From positions 34,844,001 through 34,908,000 of the forward strand of contig NC_043001.1 in NCBI RefSeq assembly GCF_006345805.1: DNA of 64,000 nucleotides. The letters run 5' to 3'. Shown here piece after piece: positions 25,650-36,549 of this stretch. The position numbers and the translations under genes were made by a program. This DNA comes from Octopus sinensis. Its lineage: Eukaryota. Within the stretch, counting starts at the first letter, position 1. Every line of letters begins with the position of its first letter. The notes under the pieces are model-generated. The model was not told the DNA's origin. It was given only the letters and a program-made list of their open reading frames with translations, and searched no databases.

Positions 25650-25765
25650 TGCGGTCACTTTGCCCTTTCATCCTTTCGGGGGTCAATACGAGTTGAATAC
25701 TGGGATCGAAGTAATCGACTTACTCCCACTCCCAAAATTGCTGGCCTTTTGTCAAAATGTGAAAG
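25650..25765 (+). mobile_element. SINE family B fragment
   Basis: CACTTTGCCCTTTCATCCTTTCGGGGGTCAATA..GTAATCGACTTACTCCCACTCCCAAAATTGCTGGCC. Confidence 0.75.
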
Positions 25766-25789
25766 TGATATTTTAATATCATTATGATC

Positions 25790-26085
25790 ACTGAAAGACG
25801 CTATTTCACGTTGCTCGAGTCCACTCAGCTGTAGAAATGAGTTGCGACGTCATTGGTGCCAAACTGTATTCCTTTGCGTTTCACTTCGATAAACATCAAC
25901 GGCGTGGAGAGGGTGGCCGCTATGCATAGATAACTGCTGGCTTTCCATAAACAAACTTTGCTCGGTGTTAGATCCTGCGTTAATTTTACAGTGAGGGCTA
26001 TGAGAGCTCATTCAAGAACTAGCGTTTGCCATCTTCGAAGAACTTCTTGCAGAATCTCATTCAACAAAGAAGTTGCCGCAGAGGG
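25790..26085 (+). mobile_element. SINE-like repeat family D, longest copy
   Basis: Contains the SINE-core-like GTCCACTCAGCTGTAGAAATGAG; its 3' part is repeated at 25100 (+) and 19505 (-). Confidence 0.6.
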
Positions 26086-26484
26086 CAACTTTCTAGGTGG
26101 AATTGCACGGTTATTTATGAACCAGGGGGGGGGGGATTTTAATCATTGAAATCACAGTCGTGCTCCTCGTAATAGCAATAATAATAATATTTGTTGTTGT
26201 ATTTCGGGACGGTCATTTTTTTCTTATTTTTGCCAAATAAACACACGCACTATATATTTGTTCCTCACTCGTTTATTACTGTTCTTGCTTTAACTCATGT
26301 CTACTGTCCTGAAAATCTTTCGTCATACATTTGTGACATCTTCAACGACACATCGTTTTCCTGTGTGCTCTTGCTCCACACCCTCCATTCTGCTTTTCTA
26401 TGATGTGTATCCTTATGTGCGCTTGAGTTTGCGTCCATGTTTGTGTGTGTGTGTGAATCTGTATGTATGTATGTATGTGTGTGT

Positions 26485-26748
26485 AAGACGGCGAGCTGGC
26501 AGAATCGTTAGCTAAGGCGGTGAGCTGGCAGAGTCATTAGCACTCCAGGCGAAATGCTTAGCGGTATTTCGTCTGCCGCTACGTTCTGAGTTCAAATTCC
26601 GTCGTGGTTGACTTTGCCTTTCATCCTTTCGGGGTTTATTAAATAAGTACCAGTTACGCACTGGGGTCGATATAATCGACTTAATCCGTTTGTCTGTCCT
26701 TGTTTGTCCCCTCTGTGTTTAGCCCCTTGTGGGTAGTAAAGAAATATG
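26485..26748 (+). mobile_element. SINE family B with a tandemly duplicated head, ending in the linker and flanked by (TATG)n
   Basis: AAGACGGCGAGCTGGCAGAATCGTTAGC-TAAGGCGGTGAGCTGGCAGAGTCATTAGC, then module plus linker. Confidence 0.85.
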
Positions 26749-27417
26749 TACGTATGTATGTATGTATGTATGTATGTATGTATGTATGTATGTATGTATG
26801 TATGTATGGATGTATGTATGTGTATGTGCGTGCGAATGCTTGTGTGTGTGTATCATTGTTCTTAGCAGCAGTACGGTCTTCCCCTCAGCCCCATCCTCTC
26901 ATCCCATTGAGCTGCAGCTGTTAAAAATAATGACTTCTACAAGAAAGCAGGTTAAGGATGCATTAAACATTGTCTTTTACACTCAGTGAATGATCATACA
27001 ATCCAGTTATGTAGTTTAACTGTGTGATATTAATGTATTGGCTTCGTTAATTTTCGAAATAACAATTTTGTTTCATATTTTCATATCTGTTACCTTACTA
27101 AATATAATTAATCTCTATTTATTATTTTTATATATTATTGTTGCTGGTTTAATTACTACAGCTGGATATTGATTTTAAATATAAGTAGAATGATCTAAAA
27201 TGTTTTAGATATGCATGTGCGTGTGTGTATGCATGCCTATTCGTGTTTATTAGGCGAAATGTTTGTTGCCCTTGTAACTGATGTAGTTGTTGGCGCTGTC
27301 ATTAATTCAGGCACAGTTTTTTTTGCACATTGCATGATCCAGTATAAGCTTCCATTCTAAAAAGAAAGCGTACAAATAGAGAATCCCGCAATGATTCACA
27401 CTTGTTGTTGGTAATAT

Positions 27418-28450
27418 CGGTTTCAAATTAGGGCACGAGGCCAGCAATTTCGGTGGAGGGAGCTAGGCGATTACATCGATCCCAATGCTCGACTCCGAAA
27501 TGATGAAAGGTAAAGTCGACCTCTGCGGAATCTGAACTCACAACGCAAAGATGGACGAAATGACGCTAAGCATTTTGCCGGCTGTGCTAACGAGTCTTTT
27601 CTACTCTAGGCACAAGGCCCGAAGTTTTGGGGTAAGGGGCCAGTCGATTAGATCGACTCCAGTACACAACTGGTACTTAATTTATCGAACCCGAAAGGAT
27701 GAAAGGCAAAGTCGACCTCGGCAGAATTTGAACTCAGAACGTAAAGACAGAGGAAAAGAAACATTAAGCATTTCGCTCGGCGTGCTAACGATTCTGCGAG
27801 CTCACCGCTTTTCTTGTTGATAATATTAGAGGTATTTAGAGGGCAGTGAGCAGGTAGAATCATTAGAGCGCTGTGCAAAAGACTTAGTGTTATTTTGTTC
27901 GTCTTTAGTTTCTGAGTTCAAAGTCCGTCGAGGTCGATTTTGCTTTTCACCTTTCCGGGGGTCGATAAATAGGTACCATTTGAACACTGGGTTCGATGCA
28001 ATCGACTTACTCGCTTTCTAAAATGCTGGCATTGTGCCAAAATTTGAAACCAATATCAAAGCAAGGTAAAAGATCCTCAATATGAAAAGTCGTTCTATAT
28101 GAAAAACAGTGAAACACTTGACTAAACGCATTACCGTACCTGGCAGCTCGATTCTTCAAATGTCTGATTTGAAGTTCAATATATTTATTTTGCATCGCAA
28201 GAAAAATCACACAGCAGATATACACTATAGTTTGTATATATTGATTTCAAATTTTGGCACAAGGCCAGTAATTTCGGGGTAGGGGTTGAGTCGATTACAT
28301 TGACCCCATTGCTCACCTGGCGTTTATTTTATCAACCACGAAAGGTAAAGTCGACCTCGACAGAATTTGAAACCAGAACACAAAAACGGACGAAATGCTG
28401 CTAAGTATTTCACCCGGCGTGCTAATGATTTTGTCGGCTCCCCACCTTAG
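27418..28450. mobile_element. Cluster of four SINE-B copies: about 27418-27592 (-), 27596-27810 (-), 27842-28055 (+), 28247-28450 (-)
   Basis: Each carries the GTCGACCTC/GAGGTCGA-TTTCA(T/C)C module with head or tail remnants. Confidence 0.8.
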
Positions 28451-28686
28451 TGGTTTGTATATATTAAGGACATATCTAGTAATGAGCGACCTGCAAATCA
28501 ATTAATTAATTAGGGTTTTATTACTTTCATTAACCGCTCGAGATTTTTGCAAATAGCAACCAAATTACGATCAAAACTATTTTACTGATTTAGAATACGA
28601 AATAAGCTTTAGACATTATAGTCTTAAATATACTTAAATTTAACTTAGAACGATAATGTGTAGATGAGTGCATAGATAAATATAAT

Positions 28687-28730
<44 letters not shown>

Positions 28731-29224
28731 TAGTAATGGTAAGAAACAAAAGAATGAAAGAGACCTCGATATTATATAAGTAGAGGGATTTATCTGTAAT
28801 ATATGTGAAAATTATTCGGTTGTGAAAGAGTAAAAATGCTCATAGCAATCGCGTAATATATACACATGTGCGCAAGCACACCCACATACACGCGCCTGTA
28901 CGCATATGCTTACTCACACTCGCATGAAACACACACATGCGCACCCACACATACGCCAATAGATGCACATATATATGCAGCCATGCATGTACACATATTC
29001 ATATGCACATACACACGCGCGCGCACACTCACACACAGACACAGGCACACATAACCATACGCGCACAGTTATATTCAAATACACGTCTAAAAATACGTGC
29101 ATGCTATATGCTCAAACACACTAGCGTGGAACATGCATGAACACTCACATATATATGCAACCATACATATGTACATATGCTTGATCATATATGCGAGTAC
29201 GTATGTATATATATATATATATGC

Positions 29225-29560
29225 TGTCTCCAGTGTGCCGACTGCTTCATCTCTGGCAAGGACGTGGTACTGCAATAGCTTGGGATTCAAGGGTCCACAC
29301 CTGTTAAACTGTCTGTCGGAGAATCTGAGGAATATCCATGGAGTGGATGTAGACGTTTTCAAACGTGAACTCGACCACTGGCACGCCGAGATCCCAGATG
29401 AGCCAATATCTAAGCAAGAAATTCAAAGGAGGGCAGTAGCATCGAAATCTATCCTTCACCAAAAGCCGCTCCGACAATGGTGGAAGGTGGAAATATGATT
29501 ACAATGGCGGTGCTCCAGCATGGCCACAGTCATTGGACTGAAACATGTTAAAGAATATAT
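29225..29560 (+). mobile_element. 5'-truncated 3' end of a CR1-group LINE (same superfamily as 32439-36359)
   Basis: Translates ARTWYCNSLGFKGPHLLNCLSENLRNIHGVDVDVFKRELD..IPDEP; tail GGCGGTGCTCCAGCATGGCCACAGTCATTGGACTGAAAC. Confidence 0.9.
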
Positions 29561-29732
29561 ATATATATATATATATAATATATATATATATGTATCAAAT
29601 GAAATAAAAAACAGAACACAAAGGATGTCTGTTTTTTATTTCATTTGATACATATATCTTTTCACCTGTGCTACTAGCTGGCATATACAGCATATACAGG
29701 TGCTCACATTTATCAAGTATTCACCCTGAATT

Positions 29733-29776
<44 letters not shown>

Positions 29777-30282
29777 TATATATATACATACATATTTATT
29801 TATTTTATAATTATATTATTTTATTTTATGTATATATGTATGAATACACATCTATACCTGTCAATTTGTATAAGTGCAATTTTGATACAACTTCACACGC
29901 ATAAACCTACAGGCATACATAGGCATAACAACACATATATAGTAATATATATTCACATACACATACGAAATACATTTTCTATTCCTTCTTCCGGTCGATA
30001 TGTTAGAAAGCGTCTTAACTGTAGTCGCCCGTGTAAATCAACCTAATTATGTAGAAACTAGAGAAATTACCTGACACAAGAATGGCAAGCATTGGAACTG
30101 CGGAAGATTATTGTTCCTGGCAGTTCTTCTTGTGGACAACGAGCGGTCTACGTTTCTATGGAAACTACGTTCCTTTTCTTCTCAACTCTTTAAATTCAGG
30201 TTTTTCTTCTTATATATATATATAAGTTATTTGGCTTCCATATCTATGTATACATATGAATTTCTCCAGTTTTATAGTCTGC

Positions 30283-30330
<48 letters not shown>

Positions 30331-31227
30331 TTGTTTCTGTAAGTTGTAGTGTTTCCAAAAATATTTACACTGACACACACACATGCACACATATACACAC
30401 ACACATGTACACATATACACACACACATGTACACATTCACATGCACATACTTGTACACGAACACAGAGAACACATCTTTCTATCTATATTTTTATCAATC
30501 TATCGATCTCAGTTTGTCTGTCTGTCTGTCTGTCTTCTTCTCTCTCTCTCTCTCTCTCTATATTAATATATATATATATATATAATATATAATATATATA
30601 TATATATTATAATATATATATATGCAGCTGAAGATACCCTCCATTTAAATTGATGTAATGATTGCATGGTTCAATGAAAAGGAGCCGCTTGAAACGTCGT
30701 AATGCACCACCTCTTGATATCCTGTTGCTAATTTTGATTATATATATATATATGCATATATATATCTCTAGATATCCGGTTCCGTTTTCAGCAGAGAAAG
30801 ACGTGATTGCCTTTGCTCTGTGAAAAAGTCTGCATAGAACGGCGAAATAACCCACTGTAGTTGCAAAACGTAAAACTCTAAGTCATAGAGATCACTACAA
30901 CACTTTGGTTAAAAATATTTTTTAAAATATATATATAAATATATACATATACACAGTAATTTTCATTTTCGCCGAAACGCACATGGTGCAAAAATAACTG
31001 AATCAAGTTATCTCCTGCAAGAAAGAAAAAAGAAGCATCTCTCCTGAAAAAAATCCCGTAAACCAAAAAAAATAATCCAGACCACATTGTTGGATTAAGT
31101 ATCAATTTCATCTATTTCATATTTTATTTATTATTCTATTTTATCTTTCACTTAGGCCCACATCTTAGTTAAAGTTGCGATCGTCATTTGGTTTGTTTAC
31201 ATTTTCAATACTGTTCTCGATATAATA

Positions 31228-32380
31228 TTTTCCAGATACTCTTCTTCTAATTAGCCTTAAGATTAAATTAAATAACGTTTAATATTGATACCGTCAAATT
31301 AGCCTTAGGATTAAATTAAATAACGTTTAATATTGTTTAATATTGTTAATAATTATTGTTAATTAGCCTTAAGATTAAATTAAATAACGTTTAATATTGT
31401 TTTAATATTGTTAATAATTTTTCAGATACTCTATCTTCTAATTAGACTTAAGATTAAATTAAATAACGTTTATATTAATAACGTCTAATTAGCCTTAGGA
31501 TTAAATTAAATAACGTTTAATATGTTAATAATTATTGTTAATTAGCCTTAGGATTAAATTAAATAACGTTTATATTGTTTAATATTGTTAATAATTACTG
31601 TTAATTAGCCTTAGATTAATTAAATAACGTTTAATATTGTTTAATATTGTTAATAACTATTGTTAATTAGCCTTAGGATTAAATTAAATACGTTTAATAT
31701 TGTTTAATATTGTTAATTAGCCTTAAGATTAAATTAAATAACGTTTAATATTGTTTTAATATTGTTAATAATTCTTCAGATACTCTATCTTCTAATTAGC
31801 CTTAAGATTAAATTAAATAACGTTTAATATTACCCACACTCTAATATAATATTAACATTGCTAATATATTTTCAGATACTCTATCTCCTGATTAGCCTTA
31901 AGATTAAATAACGTTTTTATCCACACTCTAATATAATATTAATATTGCTAATATATTTTCAGATACTCTATCTTCTAATTAGCCTTAAGATTAAATTAAA
32001 TAACGTTTAATATTAATAACGTCTAATTAGCCTTAAGATTAAATTAAATAACGGTTAATATTGCTTAATATTGTATATATAATTTTTCAGATACTCTGTC
32101 TTCTAATTAGCCTTAAGATTAAATTAAATAACGTTTAATATTACCCACACTCTAATATAATATTAATATTGCTAATATATTTTCAGATACTCTATCTCCA
32201 AATTAGCCTTAAGATTAAATAACGTTTTTTTTACCCACACTCATAATATTAATATTGCTAATATATTTTCAGATACTCTATCTCTTAATTAGCCTTAAGA
32301 TTAAATAACGTTTTTACACAAACTTTAATATTGTTAATATTTCTTTTTCAAGTACTCTATCTTCTAATTAGCCTTAATAT
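31228..32380 (+). repeat. Composite AT-rich tandem array directly 5' of the LINE
   Basis: Shuffled subunits TTTTCAGATACTCTATCTTCT, AATTAGCCTTAAGATTAAATTAAATAACGTTTAATATT, GTTTAATATTGTTAATAATT and ACCCACACTCTAATATAATATTAATATTGCTAATATA; the AATTAGCCTTA(A/G)GATT unit recurs more than 15 times. Confidence 0.9.
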
Positions 32381-32438
32381 CTTCCTGTCTTCTCTCGAAC
32401 ATAATTAGATAGATAAACGGATAGACGGATTATCCAGC

Positions 32439-33347
32439 ATGTCCAGAGCATGGAGACGTGACGAGCTGGATTTATTCGTACGAGCATGGGAGTGCGCCGG
32501 CGGAGATAGCCCTAGCGAGGTGATTGGGCTGCGCTGAAGAGCAGAGGCTACAAGAGGACAGCGGCTCAGATGGAGCGAAAGAGACAGGAATCCGTGCGCT
32601 CATATGCGCTTGTACGGTCGCACATTGGCGCACTTGATGCCATCTTTGAGAACGAGCGGGGCAAAGATGGCAAGAATGGAGACGATGAAAGAAGTCACCC
32701 CCACCTGGTGGACGCCCAGGAGGAGGTTTTGAATGAGAAACCTGCTCGGGAAGTGAACCCCAGTGCAAGTTCTCCAACCGGCAGCAAGGGCCATGGAGAC
32801 GGAGAACCCGGTGAAGAGGTAGAGGGAGGAAGAAGAACTAAAAGAAGGACTGGAAGAGCTAAAGGAAAAGAAAAAGCTCAAGCAGGACCAAAGAGTGAAA
32901 CAACCAGGAATAGAAGTGGAACCGCAAAGGATGGAACCAAACAGCGCACATGGGTGTGTATGTTCTACCTGAGAGGTTCCTGCTGGCACGGAAAGGAAGG
33001 TGCAGACTGCCGCTTTGCACATCGGGGACCCTGCCACAGAGACACGAGGCAGATGGACAAACCATCAACACAAAGAAAAGGGATGGACTACGCACCACCT
33101 GCCCCAAAGCGGAGGTACGCAGATGTTGTGCGCGCCACAAACAGCCAACATGATGTTGCCGAAGAGCAGCTGCTGAGCAACAATCTTTTTTGTGCATGGC
33201 ACAAAAGATTGTACAGCAGCTGACCTGGCTTCATCAAACCCAAGCCCGCAGGTGGGACTACCCACTATATACCAGACCACCACAGCAAACAGACACAGGA
33301 TGGACACCGCCGGCAACAACGTACACCTCACCTCGATACTCCTACTG
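32439..33347 (+). pseudogene. LINE ORF1 (two frameshifts): Myb/SANT-like N-terminus + CCCH zinc finger
   Basis: ATG at 32439 gives MSRAWRRDELDLFVRAW..., a frameshift at about 32525 gives ALKSRGYKRTAAQMERK; C-x7-C-x8-C-x3-H at 32957-33022; the C-terminus EQQSFLCMAQKIVQQL in a third frame matches the second LINE copy. Confidence 0.75.
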
Positions 33348-36340
33348 AACATCAGAGGACTGCAAACACTCAGTAACAGGACAAAGATCCCGTTCCTGAG
33401 AGACTTTGTTGCATGCAATCAAGCCTTATGCATAGCACTTACAGAAACGCACCTGAAACCGGACATAGCAGATGCGGAGTTACACATACCACAGTATGCT
33501 GTACTACGGACCGACAGGAAAGAAAGGAGTCATGGAGGTGTTGCTATGTACATCCGTGAGGACCTCACACCCCAGGTCCTCTTGTCATACTCAAACTCGA
33601 TGTGTGACACACTAATTGTACATATTAGGCAACTTGATGTAGTTGTGTGTGCTACATATCGCCCTCCAGATGCCCCAAGCCATGTGGGCAAGTTTGAAGA
33701 CTGCCTTATAAAAATAGAAGAAATTCTAACCACATTAGAACAACACATAGGTGTGCTTCTTATGGGAGACTTCAATCTGCCCAATGTCAGATGGCCCGAG
33801 GGCCTTTCTCTCCCAGGAATGACAAGATGTGAACGAGGACAGGCGAGGTCCCTCCTGAACCTCATCAACACCCTGTACATGGAGCAGGTAATACTCCAAC
33901 CAACCAGGGCAGGTAACACACTGGATCTCTGCTTCACAAATGACATGGATCTCATCCATAATGTGAAAGTGACACCGCACTACTCTCGGATCACAACATG
34001 ATAGAGCTGACCATGTACGGGCCAAAAGAGAGCACGGACATGCAGCCTACAAGAAACCCTCAAAATCTTTCCAGCTTGAACTACCATAAGGCAAACTGGA
34101 AACAAATTGAGAAAGAGATCCTCAAACAAAACTGGCCTAAATGTCTCTCCTCGCCAGACATCGACGTGAAACTTCAACAATTCATGTCTGTAATGCAAGC
34201 CATATGCTACAAATGTGTCCCAGAGAGAAAGGCCACTGTACACAAGAACAAAATCCCCAGAGAGAGGAAAATTTTAATGAGACGGCGTACGAAATTTTCA
34301 AATCGCCTAAACAAACAGATTGAAAGCAGTGAAAAGTCCCGCCTAAAAATAAAACTGTTGGAAATCGAAAAATGTCTGCAACTCTCCCATGAAAAAGAAA
34401 GAGCAGACAAAGAAGCCTGGGCTATAGAAAACATAAAAATCTAACCCCAGAGCTTTCTACAGGTATGCCAAAGAAACAGCTACAGTGCACTGTAGAATAG
34501 GGCCACTCCTCGAAAAGGATGGCACACTTACAGGAAAACCAATGAGGGTAAGTGAAATACTGAATGAGCAATTCAAGAGTGTTTTCACTCCACCCCTTGG
34601 GCATCTCCAAATCACCAATCCAACTGACTTTTTTACCACTGCAGATATAAAATCAGAGGCGGCGACGATAGATTACATCGATATAAAGGAAGACGATGTA
34701 ACCAAGGCTATAGATGAAATGAAAACAGACTCAGCTACTGGCCCCGATGGATTCCCGGCAATCCTCCTAAAAGCATGTAAGAGAGTCCTAGCAAGACCAC
34801 TGCAGTTCCTCTTTCAGAGCTTCCTTGCAGCTGGCAAACTTCCAGGAAAACTGAAGGAAGGTAAAATATGCCCCATTCATAAAGGAGGTAGCAGAGCGGA
34901 AGCCAAGAACTATAGACCTATCTCTCTGACCTCACACATCAGCAAGGTCATGGAACGAATAGTCAGAAGGAAGCTGATCACCTTCCTTGAAGAGAATGAC
35001 TTGCTGCCCGACACCCAACATGGTTTCCGACCAGGGAGAAGCTGTTTAACTCAGCTCCTACAACACTATGACTGGGTGCTGAAACGGCTGCTCAACCACT
35101 CAAATGTGGAAGTGATATATCTCGACTTTGCAAAGGCCTTTGATAAAGTCGATCATGGAATGATATGTCACAAACTGCGTGATCTCAACATAGTTGGAAA
35201 ACTGGGAGAATGGCTTCATGACTTTCTGAAGGATAGAAGTCAGGTGGTAGTAGCCAATGGGGCCACCTCCATTAACACACAAATAGTGAGCGGTGTTCCG
35301 CAGGGCACTGTTCTGGGACCACTACTGTTCATAATGGCCCTCTCAGACATGCCCTCAGCCACGCAGAGAGCCACGATCACAAGTTATGCAGATGATACAA
35401 AAGTTTCACAGGCAATACAGAACCCTGAGGACACTAAACACCTGCAATGTGAGCTGGACGAAATATACAAGTGGGCTGAAAAGAATAGCATGCAGTTCAA
35501 TGCTGGAAAGTTTCAAGCTTTATACTATCAGCATGCAAAACTGAATGCAATACCCAATGAATACACTGGACCCGGAGGGATTGCAATCCCAGAGGCACAA
35601 TCAGTGCGTGACCTGGGTATTCACATGAGTGATGACGCGACACTGAAATGTAGACGGCTGGCTGGATGGATTCTTAGAACCTTTAGAACAAGAGAACAAG
35701 AAACCATGATGGTCCTCTGGAAGACACTTGTCCTAAGCCACTTTGACTATTGCTCTCAGCTATGGTCACCATCCAGTGTCAAGTTGATCACAGAACTTGA
35801 GGCGATCCAACGAAGCTACACAAAGAAGATAGCCTCTATGCAGAATGTAAGCTACTGGGAAAGACTCAAGAGATTAAAATTATATTCCCTGGAGCGTAGG
35901 CGGGAAAGATATGCCATAATATACATCTGGAAGATCCTGGAGGGAAGTGTCCTGAACTTTGGCATCGAGAGTTACGCAAATGCCAGAACTGGGCGCCACT
36001 GCGTGGTGCCTAGGACTCCAAACCTGCCATCAAGATGTAGGACAAGATTCTGTGATAGCCTGGGCTTCCGAGGCCCACAGCTCTTCAATATCCTCCCGAA
36101 GAACCTGAGAGACCTGCATGGGGTGGATACAGATGTCTTTAAAATGAAGCTGGATCTCTTCCTGTCAGGTGTCCCAGATGAACCAACTTCACGGCAGGAG
36201 GGGCAGATGAGGGCAGCTGCATCGAACTCTCTCATGCACCAAATAGCAGTTGCTAGAAGCCTCCATGAAGTGAAACCAAGTAGCAACACCAAATGGCGGT
36301 GCCCCAGCATGGCCACAGCTCATAAGCTGAAACTAGAATC
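33300..36340 (+). pseudogene. LINE ORF2 (EN-RT) with frameshifts at about 33990 and 34440 and an in-frame deletion at about 35640
   Basis: ORF-track pieces 33192-34001, 33998-34444 and 34485-36404 join into one EN-RT; the start MDTAGNN aligns with MATTNTN of copy 2. Confidence 0.9.
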
Positions 36341-36359
36341 AATCAATCAATCAATCAAT

Positions 36360-36520
<161 letters not shown>

Positions 36521-36549
36521 TAGAAATGGTAAGACAAAAAAGAATGAAA

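Larger units (their letters stand above)
32439..36359 (+). mobile_element. Near full-length CR1-group LINE (ORF1 + APE endonuclease + RT), frameshifted, with a (TCAA)n tail
   Basis: EN motifs LLNIRGL, IALTETHL, YRPP, MGDFNLP and LDLCFT; RT motifs NYRPISLTS, QHGFRPGRSCLTQLL, DFAKAFDKVDH, GVPQGTVLGPLLF and YADD; (TCAA)n at 36339-36358. Confidence 0.95.

Noticed and set aside
30671-30698. Hammerhead-like TCAATGA-AAAG..CTT-GAAACGTC
   Set aside because: Core box 1 is too degenerate and stem I is not evident, so it could be chance.
31228-32380. Possible CRISPR-like repeat-spacer array
   Set aside because: The context is eukaryotic, there are no unique spacers or cas genes, and the intervening segments are themselves repeated subunits.
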